A DNA stretch of 64,000 nt from an uncultured Clostridia bacterium (GCA_944383335.1 CALWPD010000001.1:1901-65900); one strand, 5' to 3'. Shown: positions 18,406-26,956, counted from the stretch's first letter. Notes: generated by a model not told the origin, from the letters alone. Program-made: numbers and translations.

Positions 18406-18483
18406 ATTTTTCTCCTTAAAAAATCACCTTATTATGCACTAAATATTATGCTTTGTCTACTATTTTATTCAAAAAAATTTTTT

Positions 18484-19257
18484 TTATTTTTCAAGGCTTT
18501 GTTGGTTATTATATGTTACAACTCCATGTTTTGTTGCACGCATAAGTATATTATTTGACCTAAAATCTTTAATTTCATTGTAATCAACAAGATTTCCATC
18601 TACATCAAGATAGTACACCTTGCCGTTTTCATCCTTATATTGCTCAACTTGATTGGCATAAATTACATCATTTTGTGCTTGGACTAAAACATCATTTTGA
18701 TTTAACTCCTCGCCCATGACATAGCGATTTAATAGCCCAAAAATATCTTTACAATTAAAATCATTTAACAAATAATTAACAATATATTTCCTGTAATCTT
18801 TTTGTGTAAGTGCTCCAGATCTTTTGTGAACTGCGTCGACATTTAAAAGTCCTCTGTCAACATTCTCCAAGGTGATATCTGCTGAATATTTATATGCATC
18901 TACAATTTCTGAGTAGCGCACTGCACCACGTACACTATTTAAAAAAGTTGAGAAATATAGACAATATGCACACAACGTATAGGTATCAAAGCCATCGTAA
19001 GGATTTTGGCTAGATAAAATATTTAATAGATGATTAAATCTGTGAGGGTATTTGCCATTGCCATCATAAAGCTCATGAACAATTTCCGATTTTACAAGTC
19101 CCAGCCCTGAAGTGCCAATTATCCTAGATAAAAACCCTGAAATTTGTGAATTTTGGCGCATAATCACAAGGCGAGCAAGCAAACGAACCTTGTCGTCTTC
19201 CGTCATATTTTGCAGTTTTTTTATTGCTTGATGGGTTAAACCTTTATCCATATGCAT
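18484..19257 (-). CDS. hypothetical protein
   Basis: 257-aa ORF in the same orientation as its neighbours. No motif recognised. Confidence 0.45.
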   Translation of the reverse strand: MHMDKGLTHQAIKKLQNMTEDDKVRLLARLVIMRQNSQISGFLSRIIGTSGLGLVKSEIVHELYDGNGKYPHRFNHLLNILSSQNPYDGFDTYTLCAYCLYFSTFLNSVRGAVRYSEIVDAYKYSADITLENVDRGLLNVDAVHKRSGALTQKDYRKYIVNYLLNDFNCKDIFGLLNRYVMGEELNQNDVLVQAQNDVIYANQVEQYKDENGKVYYLDVDGNLVDYNEIKDFRSNNILMRATKHGVVTYNNQQSLEK

Positions 19258-19354
19258 TATTATATAACAAAGTTATAAAAATATCAAGAATAATACACAC
19301 TTAGAGTGTTGGAACCCTTTGACTGATGTGGATTTTTTAGTTATTCGTAAATGT

Positions 19355-19395
19355 ATATAAAAAAATAAAAGCCAAAATTAAGTGGCTAAAGCAAG
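19355..19395 (-). terminator. weak intrinsic terminator after the 19475..21016 gene
   Basis: The minus strand reads agcca-cttaattt-tggct followed by TTTTATTTTTTT. The stem is only 5 bp. Confidence 0.4.
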
Positions 19396-19397
19396 GC

Positions 19398-19468
19398 CAG
19401 AGTGGCAAGCCGTGCACCCGAGTGTAACTCTACATTCGATGGTACACAGGCGCCACTACACAAAGCTC
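19398..19468 (-). other. G+C-rich extended hairpin in the 3' UTR (unknown function)
   Basis: On the minus strand: agtggc/gccact (6 bp), gcc/ggc (3 bp) and gtgtacc/ggtgcac (7 bp with one G.U) enclose a 22-nt loop. It lies between the TAG stop (19475) and the terminator. Confidence 0.35.
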
Positions 19469-19474
19469 TTTACA

Positions 19475-21016
19475 CTAATTTTGACTATTTTTTTGATAAT
19501 ATAATGCAATGCGTGTATCTTCAGTTAAAACATCTTCGGTTATGCTTGGATTTTGCTTATAAATAAGTTCTGGCCGGATAAAAAGTTTTTTTGCTATATC
19601 CCAAATTTTTTCACCCACTTTGCCAAAATAAATCTCTATTGCACAATCTTTCTCTGGTAATTGCTCCGAGATTTCAATATCAGATATAACTGCTCCTTGC
19701 GTGGTTTTACATATATTTGAATGAACTAAAAGTACAGCATCAACATAAACATCTCTACCTTTTTTAACCATTACATCAACATCACAAACAGAAACTTCGG
19801 TATCAAACATAACATCACCCTCAATATCTGTTTGATAACTCACCACAAAAGGAATTTCAACATCGACAGAGTTTGGTCTTGACTCCTCATCATTAAAATA
19901 AATTAAATTGCTGGTTAATACGCCACTGAGATTATATGTACCATTGTCAATGTATTCATTTGTTATTATTGCTTTTGAATAATTTACCGCAAGCAATTTA
20001 TCTATTCGTGGCTCATCATCAGAAAGTACCAAACTACCTTCAATTTTTTTGTCAAACGAAATTGGTTCGCAAGAAATTGTGTTTTCATAACTCTGAGTTG
20101 TGCTATTTATAACATTATTTGTACTAAATAAGTCGCAAGGAACTGCTATTGTATCCATTGTATAAAGTGCCATAACAACATCAAGTGGTATTGTTATACT
20201 AAGTTTGACTTCTTCTCCATTATCGGAAACATTTGTTACAACTTCACAACTGTTGTCATCAATTACAACATCAGTTAAACTGCCCTTTTTTGCATATTCG
20301 CACTCAACTTCTTGCTTTATTTCGGTTTTGTTATAAACAGTTTTGATTTGTTGATCTTCTGTGTCAGTAACATATGTTATTTTACTAACAAGTGTAGCAC
20401 AAAGCGTAACAAAACCTTCGCTGGCTTCGGCACTTATTAAATGGACATCGCTTGTTGTGGAAATGACTTGCCGTACTGGTTCTTTGACGCTAACTTCGAT
20501 ATTTTCTATCCAATTACTTCGACAGGTTCCCGAAAGTGATTGATAAGTTATTTCTTCATTTTTTGTGCAAATATCTTCAGTTGTTTGGCATAAATATGGC
20601 ACCTCAACTTTGGAAAGTGTATAGACTTTTAAATTTACTTCATATTGCACCTGAGCAGTATTATTATTTAATGCTGTTACCTTGGACTCGACATTGCATA
20701 CTCTTGCCAAAACTTGTGAATTTGGCGTAATATCGCTATTTTGCACTTTAATCGAATATGGCGAGCAGTATGTGGCATTTCCAACTAGCCCTGACTCCGT
20801 AAGATAAACTATTGCCACAAGCGCATTTCCGCTGATATTTGCTTCACCCATAAGCGCCTCAGTTTGTGGCAAACCACTACAAACATTTACTGCGAGTATC
20901 TTTATAATACTTTCAGAACTGTCGATTTTTACAGAACACTCAAAAGATTGAGTAACATCATTTAATCTTGTCTTTTTTACTGAATAAAATTTTTCGTATG
21001 AATTATTGTTCGCCAT
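19475..21016 (-). CDS. DUF3794-repeat protein with C-terminal LysM domain (SipL/SpoVID-like spore morphogenesis candidate)
   Basis: The C-terminal IEIYFGKVGEKIWDIAKKLFIRPELIYKQNP...RIALY is LysM-like. The long beta-rich N-terminal region has a size (about 513 aa) and architecture resembling clostridial SipL. Start at ATG 21016 (SD GGAGGG). Confidence 0.55.
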   Translation of the reverse strand: MANNNSYEKFYSVKKTRLNDVTQSFECSVKIDSSESIIKILAVNVCSGLPQTEALMGEANISGNALVAIVYLTESGLVGNATYCSPYSIKVQNSDITPNSQVLARVCNVESKVTALNNNTAQVQYEVNLKVYTLSKVEVPYLCQTTEDICTKNEEITYQSLSGTCRSNWIENIEVSVKEPVRQVISTTSDVHLISAEASEGFVTLCATLVSKITYVTDTEDQQIKTVYNKTEIKQEVECEYAKKGSLTDVVIDDNSCEVVTNVSDNGEEVKLSITIPLDVVMALYTMDTIAVPCDLFSTNNVINSTTQSYENTISCEPISFDKKIEGSLVLSDDEPRIDKLLAVNYSKAIITNEYIDNGTYNLSGVLTSNLIYFNDEESRPNSVDVEIPFVVSYQTDIEGDVMFDTEVSVCDVDVMVKKGRDVYVDAVLLVHSNICKTTQGAVISDIEISEQLPEKDCAIEIYFGKVGEKIWDIAKKLFIRPELIYKQNPSITEDVLTEDTRIALYYQKNSQN

Positions 21017-21170
21017 ATTCCCTCCAATTTTCATTATGCTATATTGTATTTGAAAAAAACTATGTTTAGAACAAAAATTAAAAAAAGATATAATCTAAGT
21101 TGTTTTTGAATGCATAAAAATTTTTAAATAATGGAGATTAATAACATAAATTTATTTATTTAATGCCACA

Positions 21171-21204
21171 AAAAAAATGCAAAGTGGGTTAATCTTTGCA
21201 TTTT
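21171..21204 (-). terminator. intrinsic terminator after tuf
   Basis: The minus strand reads aaatgcaaag-attaaccc-actttgca followed by TTTTTTTT. Confidence 0.7.
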
Positions 21205-21243
21205 CAAATAGATATTTGGGTTTTAATATCTAAATTTTATTTA

Positions 21244-22446
21244 TTATTGTTCAATTTTTGAAACTACACCGCTACCAACTGTTCTGCCGCCTTCACGAAT
21301 AGCAAAGCGAAGTCCTTCTTCAATAGCGATTGGAGTGATAAGTTCAATTTCCATTGTTACATTATCACCTGGCATAACCATTTCAACACCTTCTGGAAGT
21401 TTGATTGTACCAGTAACATCAGTTGTTCTAAAGTAGAACTGTGGACGATAACCATTGAAGAATGGAGTATGACGGCCACCTTCTTCTTTCTTCAAGACAT
21501 AAACTTGAGCACTGAATTTTGTATGAGGTTTGATTGAGCCTGGTTTTGCAAGAACTTGTCCTCTTTCGATTTCATCTCTTTGAATACCACGAAGAAGAAG
21601 TCCTACATTATCTCCTGCTCTTGCTTCGTCAAGAAGTTTTCTAAACATTTCGACACCTGTGATAACTGTTTGTTTACCACTGTCTTTCATACCAACGATT
21701 TCAACTGTATCATTGAGTTTAACTGTTCCTCTTTCAACTCTACCTGTTGCAACTGTACCACGACCTGTGATTGTGAATACATCTTCAACTGGCATCAAGA
21801 AAGGCTTGTCTGTTTCACGAACAGGATCTGGAATATATGAGTCGATAGTGTCAAGTAACTCTTGAATTGGTTTTAACCATTCACTATTAACATCTCCCGC
21901 TTCGCACGCTTCACATGCTTTAAGAGCGGAACCTTTGATGATAGGAGTTGTGTCTCCTGGGAAATCATATGAAGTTAAAAGTTCACGAATTTCCATTTCA
22001 ACAAGGTCTGCAAGTTCTGGGTCTGCCTGATCCATCTTATTCATGAAAACAACAATGTATGGAACACCAACCTGACGAGCAAGCAAAATATGTTCTCTTG
22101 TTTGAGGCATAGGACCATCTGCTGCTGAAACAACAAGGATTGCTCCATCCATCTGTGCGGCACCTGTAATCATATTCTTAACATAGTCTGCGTGTCCTGG
22201 GCAGTCTACGTGTGCATAGTGCCTTTTTTCTGTTTGGTATTCAACATGCGCGGTGTTGATTGTAATACCTCTTGCTTTTTCTTCTGGTGCCTTGTCGATG
22301 TCTTCATATTTCATCTTTTCAGCAAGGCCTTTAAGTGCGCAATATTGGCATATAGCAGAAGTAAGAGTTGTTTTACCATGGTCAACGTGTCCAATGGTAC
22401 CAATGTTTACATGGACTTTACTTCTATCGAATTTTTCCTTAGCCAT
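21244..22446 (-). CDS. tuf: elongation factor Tu
   Basis: [18 protein letters not shown] and NKMD G-motifs. Full-length 400 aa and unmistakable. Confidence 0.98.
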   Translation of the reverse strand: MAKEKFDRSKVHVNIGTIGHVDHGKTTLTSAICQYCALKGLAEKMKYEDIDKAPEEKARGITINTAHVEYQTEKRHYAHVDCPGHADYVKNMITGAAQMDGAILVVSAADGPMPQTREHILLARQVGVPYIVVFMNKMDQADPELADLVEMEIRELLTSYDFPGDTTPIIKGSALKACEACEAGDVNSEWLKPIQELLDTIDSYIPDPVRETDKPFLMPVEDVFTITGRGTVATGRVERGTVKLNDTVEIVGMKDSGKQTVITGVEMFRKLLDEARAGDNVGLLLRGIQRDEIERGQVLAKPGSIKPHTKFSAQVYVLKKEEGGRHTPFFNGYRPQFYFRTTDVTGTIKLPEGVEMVMPGDNVTMEIELITPIAIEEGLRFAIREGGRTVGSGVVSKIEQ

Positions 22447-22482
22447 TTTAAAATAATCTCCTTTTTTAATTTAGTCTTAATG

Positions 22483-22510
22483 ATTTTATCATAATTTTTG
22501 TTTTTTGCAA
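22483..22510 (-). promoter_or_regulatory. candidate sigma-A promoter for tuf (extended -10)
   Basis: The minus strand reads TTGCAA-16 nt-TAAAAT, with the last spacer bases forming an extended -10 (TGATAAAAT), about 35 nt upstream of the tuf SD. Confidence 0.5.
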
Positions 22511-22568
22511 AACAATTTTAATAAATATTTTTTATTTGAAAGTCGCTATTTAAACGACTTTAAGAAAT

Positions 22569-22655
22569 CTCATCATCCTAAGCACTGCTTCCCTGACGGA
22601 TAGACGAAGAGTCTCATCTGCTTTCTTACCAAGACTGACCAAAAGCAAGCAAGAC
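22569..22655 (+). repeat. mosaic repeat module M1, copy A
   Basis: 87 nt (ctcatcatcctaagcactgcttccctgacggatagacgaag...aaaagcaagcaagac). By manual alignment it has 77/87 identity to 36349..36435. Confidence 0.85.
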
Positions 22656-22669
22656 TATTCACACAGCAC

Positions 22670-22872
22670 GCAGGAATTTAGTTACCTAAATGACTGTCTA
22701 GCCTGGCATAGCAGTAAACAAAGTATTGCTATGTTCGTACTGTGTCTTTTCAAAGAACACAATTTTTGAGAATTTTGCAAAGAAAGACGAGGCTCGGCGG
22801 GGACTCCCACGCAGGAGTGTACAAAATCGTACATGACTGTGTGGGGGTTGCCCGGCAGAAACAAAGTATTTC
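22670..22872 (+). repeat. 203-bp direct repeat, copy 1 (contains two hairpin cores)
   Basis: Identical by eye over 203 bp to 22951..23153 (offset 281 bp). Contains core copies 22667..22697 and 22806..22845. Confidence 0.9.
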
Positions 22873-22950
22873 TTAATTTGTACTTTATTTATTTTGTTTT
22901 TGCAAAATTAACTAAAAGCAAGCAAGACGAGGCTCGCTATGTCAGGTTAG

Positions 22951-23153
22951 GCAGGAATTTAGTTACCTAAATGACTGTCTAGCCTGGCATAGCAGTAAAC
23001 AAAGTATTGCTATGTTCGTACTGTGTCTTTTCAAAGAACACAATTTTTGAGAATTTTGCAAAGAAAGACGAGGCTCGGCGGGGACTCCCACGCAGGAGTG
23101 TACAAAATCGTACATGACTGTGTGGGGGTTGCCCGGCAGAAACAAAGTATTTC
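22951..23153 (+). repeat. 203-bp direct repeat, copy 2
   Basis: See copy 1. It ends 19 nt before the fusA stop codon (23172). Contains core copies 22948..22978 and 23087..23126. Confidence 0.9.
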
Positions 23154-23171
23154 GAAGCAAAAACTCAAAAA

Positions 23172-25250
23172 TTAGCTTTTTTTGCGTTCGCCGACAATCT
23201 TCTCAGTTATAGACTTAGGCACTTCCTGATATTTGAGTGGTTCCATAACGAATGTACCACGTCCTTGGGTTTGAGAACGAAGGTCAGTCGCATAACCAAA
23301 CATCTCAGCAAGAGGAACTTCGGCACGAACACGTTGATATCCTGGAATTGAATCATTTCCAAGAAGTATACCACGTCGTGCGGTAAGATTGCCCATTACA
23401 GTACCAAGATATTCATCTGGAACATCCACTTCAACTTTCATAATTGGTTCCAAAAGTACTGGGTCTGCCTTTGCGGCACCTTCTTTAAATGCAAGCGAAC
23501 CAGCAATTTTGAACGCCATTTCACTGGAGTCGACATCGTGGTACGAACCATCAAATACTGTCGCTCTAAAGTCTATAGTCTCATAGCCTGCAATTACACC
23601 GTTCATTCTTGCTTCATCAATACCTTTGTTGACTGGTTGAATAAATTCTTTTGGAATAGAACCGCCAACTGTTTTATCAACAAATTCATATCCCGAACCC
23701 GGTTCAAGTGGTTCAAACTTAACCCAGCAGTGTCCGTATTGTCCTTTACCACCACTTTGACGAACAAATTTACCTTCTGCCTCGACTGTTTTACGAATTG
23801 TCTCACGATAAGCAACTTGTGGTTTACCAACATTAGCCTCAACTTTGAACTCACGAAGAAGTCTATCCACAATAATTTCAAGGTGAAGTTCACCCATACC
23901 AGAAATAAGGGTTTGTCCCGTTTCTTGATCCGTTTGAACTCTAAATGATGGATCTTCTCTCGCAAGTTTTCCGAGTGCTATCGCCATTTTTTCTTGCATA
24001 TCTTTGGTTTTTGGCTCAATAGCAAGTTGGATAACAGGTTCTGGAAATTTCATACTTTCAAGCTGAATTGGATGGTCTTCATCGCAAAGTGTATGTCCTG
24101 TAATTGTATCTTTAAGCCCAACGATTGCAGCTATATCACCTGCTTTTACCTCACTTATTTCAGTACGATTATTAGCATGCATACGAATAAGTCTTCCAAC
24201 ACGCTCAGTCTTTCCTGTATTTGCATTATATACGTATGAGCCTGCTTTAAGTGTCCCGCTGTATACACGGAAGAATGTGAGTGTTCCCACATATGGGTCG
24301 GTGGCAATTTTGAATGCAAGTCCTGCAAGTGGAGCATTGTAGTCTGGATGGCGATATTCTTCTTCACCAGTTTCTGGGTTTATGCCCTTAATAGACTCAA
24401 TGTCTGTAGGTGCTGGCAAATAATCAACCATTGCATCAAGTAAGTTTTGAACACCTTTATTTTTATATGATGAACCGCAAAGCATAGGAGTAACTTGTTT
24501 TGAAATTGTGGCTTTTCTAATTGCTTGTTTAAGTTCGTTGATAGTAATTTCCTCTCCACCGAAATACTTCTCTAAGAGTGCATCATCTGTTTCAACGATT
24601 GATTCAATGAGTGCATCATGGCGTTTTTGTGCCTCTTCTTTATATTCTTCTGGAATTTCAACTTCATCAACAATCTTTCCAAGGTCATCTTCTGGGATAT
24701 AAGCCTTAAGTGTCAAAAGGTCTATAATACCTTTAAATGTATCGGCCATTCCGATAGGCATTTGAAGTGGCAATGGTTTTGTGTGAAGTCTATCCCTAAC
24801 TGATTCAACACATTTGTCGAAGTATGCATCGTCTCTGTCCATTTTGTTTACAAAGATTATTACAGGGACTTTGCATTCATTTGCTTGACGCCAAACTGTT
24901 TCAGTTTGTGGTTGAACTTTATCACGTGCACTGAGAACTAAAACTGCGCCATCAAGTACTTTTAATGAACGCAAAACTTCGATAGTGAAGTCAACGTGTC
25001 CTGGTGTGTCGATAATGTTTATTTTATGGTTTTTCCAATGGCAAGTTGTGCAGGCAGATGTAATAGTTATACCACGTTCTTGCTCCTGCTCCATCCAGTC
25101 CATTGTAGCAGCACCATCGTGAACTTCACCAATTTTGTGGTTGATACCAGTATAGAAAAGAATTCTCTCTGTTGTTGTCGTTTTGCCGGCATCAATGTGT
25201 GCCATAATACCGACATTGCGAGTTAAAGATAAGTCATCATTCTCTGGCAT
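23172..25250 (-). CDS. fusA: elongation factor G
   Basis: [23 protein letters not shown] and NKMDR motifs. 692 aa, full length. Confidence 0.98.
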   Translation of the reverse strand: MPENDDLSLTRNVGIMAHIDAGKTTTTERILFYTGINHKIGEVHDGAATMDWMEQEQERGITITSACTTCHWKNHKINIIDTPGHVDFTIEVLRSLKVLDGAVLVLSARDKVQPQTETVWRQANECKVPVIIFVNKMDRDDAYFDKCVESVRDRLHTKPLPLQMPIGMADTFKGIIDLLTLKAYIPEDDLGKIVDEVEIPEEYKEEAQKRHDALIESIVETDDALLEKYFGGEEITINELKQAIRKATISKQVTPMLCGSSYKNKGVQNLLDAMVDYLPAPTDIESIKGINPETGEEEYRHPDYNAPLAGLAFKIATDPYVGTLTFFRVYSGTLKAGSYVYNANTGKTERVGRLIRMHANNRTEISEVKAGDIAAIVGLKDTITGHTLCDEDHPIQLESMKFPEPVIQLAIEPKTKDMQEKMAIALGKLAREDPSFRVQTDQETGQTLISGMGELHLEIIVDRLLREFKVEANVGKPQVAYRETIRKTVEAEGKFVRQSGGKGQYGHCWVKFEPLEPGSGYEFVDKTVGGSIPKEFIQPVNKGIDEARMNGVIAGYETIDFRATVFDGSYHDVDSSEMAFKIAGSLAFKEGAAKADPVLLEPIMKVEVDVPDEYLGTVMGNLTARRGILLGNDSIPGYQRVRAEVPLAEMFGYATDLRSQTQGRGTFVMEPLKYQEVPKSITEKIVGERKKS

Positions 25251-25458
25251 ATTATTTCTCCTTTTTTATAAATTTTTCTTTTTTTTTGTTTTTTTAAACA
25301 CAAAATGTTTTTAAACATATGTTTATTGCAAAGATATATTTGATAATATATCTGCCCTTTTTAACTTAACATTGACAAATTGTCAGATAAGTTGTGTTTT
25401 GAAATGCAGTGCATTTCTTGGTTAAAAATTATATTGACTTTTTGGGGGACCCATGAGA

Positions 25459-25520
25459 TTCTTCGCTTCGCTCAGAATGACAATACATGGTTAAGTTTCT
25501 TCGCTTCGCTCAGAATGACA
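25459..25520 (+). repeat. two copies of the 24-nt motif ttcttcgcttcgctcagaatgaca (period 38)
   Basis: Copies at 25459..25482 and 25497..25520. The same ctcagaatgac word recurs at 36660..36733, and its reverse complement (gtcatcctgag) occurs at 36351. Confidence 0.85.
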
Positions 25521-25564
25521 GAAAAAGAACGAAGTATTTCGAATCAAAAAATCAAAAAAATTTT

Positions 25565-25678
25565 AAAACGCAAAATTGTGTGGCAGATGCTAGGCTCGGC
25601 GGGGACTTCCACGCAGGAGTTTAGTTAACCTAAATGACTGTGTGGAAGTTGCCCGACAGTAAACGACGCAGATGCCCA
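25565..25678 (+). repeat. 114-bp direct repeat, copy 1 (hairpin core 25605..25649)
   Basis: One mismatch to 25703..25816 (offset 138 bp). Confidence 0.9.
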
Positions 25679-25702
25679 CTCTGTTCTTTTGTACAAAGCC
25701 GT

Positions 25703-25831
25703 AAAACGCAAAATTGTGTGGCAGATACTAGGCTCGGCGGGGACTTCCACGCAGGAGTTTAGTTAACCTAAATGACTGTGTGGAAGTTGCCCGACAGTAA
25801 ACGACGCAGATGCCCAAAATTTTGCGTTTTA
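25703..25831 (+). repeat. 114-bp direct repeat, copy 2, closed by 15-bp terminal inverted repeat
   Basis: gtaaaacgcaaaatt (25701..25715) is the exact reverse complement of aattttgcgttttac (25817..25831). The right arm overlaps the rpsG stop codon. Core at 25743..25787. Confidence 0.9.
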
Positions 25832-26302
25832 CCAGCGGTAGTGAGCAAACGCCTTGTTAGCCTCTGCCATCCTGTGCATCTCATCTCTACGCTTGATTGC
25901 ACTGCCTTGGTTGTTGTAGGCATCCATAAGTTCACCTGCAACTTTTGCTTCCATTGTGCGCTCACTATTACGTTTTCTAGCAAATTGAACAAGCCAACGG
26001 ATAGCAAGGGTTTGACGGCGTTCTGGACGAATCTCCATAGGTACTTGGTATGTTGCACCACCAACACGCCTACCTTTTGTTTCAAGAACAGGTTTTACAT
26101 TTTCAACTGCTTGAGTGAAAACATCAATCGGATCACTGCCTGTTTTGTCCTTTATAATGTCAAAAGCGCCATATACTATGTGCTGAGCGATACCCTTTTT
26201 CCCATCATACATAACTTGGTTGATAAACTTTGAAACAAGTTTGTTGTGGAATTTTGGATCTGGCAAAACATCTCTTTTTGGCACTCCACTTCTTCTTGGC
26301 AT
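25829..26302 (-). CDS. rpsG: 30S ribosomal protein S7
   Basis: [18 protein letters not shown]... is a canonical S7. 157 aa. Confidence 0.98.
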   Translation of the reverse strand: MPRRSGVPKRDVLPDPKFHNKLVSKFINQVMYDGKKGIAQHIVYGAFDIIKDKTGSDPIDVFTQAVENVKPVLETKGRRVGGATYQVPMEIRPERRQTLAIRWLVQFARKRNSERTMEAKVAGELMDAYNNQGSAIKRRDEMHRMAEANKAFAHYRW

Positions 26303-26333
26303 TTTGAATCTCCTTTTAATAAATTTTTAATTT

Positions 26334-26711
26334 TTAATTTGATTTTGGTTTTTTTGCACCGTATTTTGAACGGCTTTGCATACGCTTTGCAACACCGGCC
26401 GTATCAAGACTTCCACGAATGATGTGATATCTGACACCAGGAAGATCCTTTACACGTCCACCACGAACAAGAACAACGCTGTGCTCTTGAAGATTGTGTC
26501 CAATACCCGGAATGTAGCAAGTGCCTTCTTGACCGTTTGAGAGTTTTACTCTGGCGATCTTACGAAGAGCGGAGTTAGGTTTTTTAGGTGTTGTTGTTTT
26601 AACTGAAAGACAAACTCCACGTTTTTGAGGACAATTTTCAAGAAGTGGTGATTTACTCTTTTTGTCAAAAGTTTTTCTACCTTTACGAACTAACTGATTG
26701 ATTGTAGGCAT
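26334..26711 (-). CDS. rpsL: 30S ribosomal protein S12
   Basis: [12 protein letters not shown]...[10 protein letters not shown]... is a canonical S12. Confidence 0.98.
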   Translation of the reverse strand: MPTINQLVRKGRKTFDKKSKSPLLENCPQKRGVCLSVKTTTPKKPNSALRKIARVKLSNGQEGTCYIPGIGHNLQEHSVVLVRGGRVKDLPGVRYHIIRGSLDTAGVAKRMQSRSKYGAKKPKSN

Positions 26712-26738
26712 TTTTCCCTCCTTTATAGATTTTCAACA

Positions 26739-26781
26739 TAAAAACAAAAAACGGCAAATACGGAACAAACCCATATTTGCC
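26739..26781 (-). terminator. terminator-like hairpin in the rpsL leader (candidate attenuator)
   Basis: The minus strand reads ggcaaata-13 nt-tatttgcc followed by GTTTTTTGTTTTT. It ends about 28 nt before the rpsL ATG. Confidence 0.45.
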
Positions 26782-26926
26782 AGTTGTCATGCTAAAAGAA
26801 TTTAACACAACATGCAAAGTGCAATTTACACTATTCGGTAAGCTATGGAAAGTTTGTTACCTGCTGTTTGTTAATGTTGGCCTAATATAAAGATTAGGAC
26901 TTTTGGTTTACAAAAAAAACCTTTAA

Positions 26927-26956
26927 GAGAATAACAAACTTTTTAACATTTGTCAA
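26927..26956 (-). promoter_or_regulatory. candidate sigma-A promoter for the str operon
   Basis: The minus strand reads TTGACA-17 nt-TATTCT, about 215 nt upstream of rpsL. Confidence 0.4.

Noticed and set aside
22682-23160. ORFs 22682..22864 and 22963..23160 (60 and 65 aa, near-identical peptides MFLPGNPHTVMYDFVHSCVGVPAEPRLS...)
   Set aside because: They lie wholly inside the two identical 203-bp non-coding repeats and have no SD. The peptide is a by-product of translating the hairpin core. Their duplication reflects DNA repeat identity, not a gene family.
23389-25226. Multiple 60-136-aa ORFs on both strands inside fusA (e.g. 23538..23948 +, 23603..23965 -), with similar ones inside tuf, rpsG and uvrC
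   Set aside because: They are embedded in unmistakable highly conserved genes. They have low-complexity or odd composition and no RBS, so they are out-of-frame or antisense artefacts.
25372-25417. Short palindromes tgacaaattgtca (25372..25384) and gaaatgcagtgcatttc (25401..25417) upstream of fusA as operator sites
   Set aside because: They are short AT-rich palindromes of a kind expected by chance in a genome of about 30% GC. I have no second copy or known consensus to support them.
25380-25628. ORF 25380..25628 (+), 82 aa, containing ILRFAQNDN and FFASLRMT
   Set aside because: It spans repeat motifs in the fusA-rpsG spacer on the strand opposite to the operon and has no RBS. This is the classic appearance of a repeat mis-translated as protein.
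22670-25816. Possibility that the direct repeats are a CRISPR array
   Set aside because: The repeats are 114-203 bp, far longer than CRISPR repeats. There are only two copies per locus. The 'spacers' contain further repeat modules, and no cas genes are in the window.
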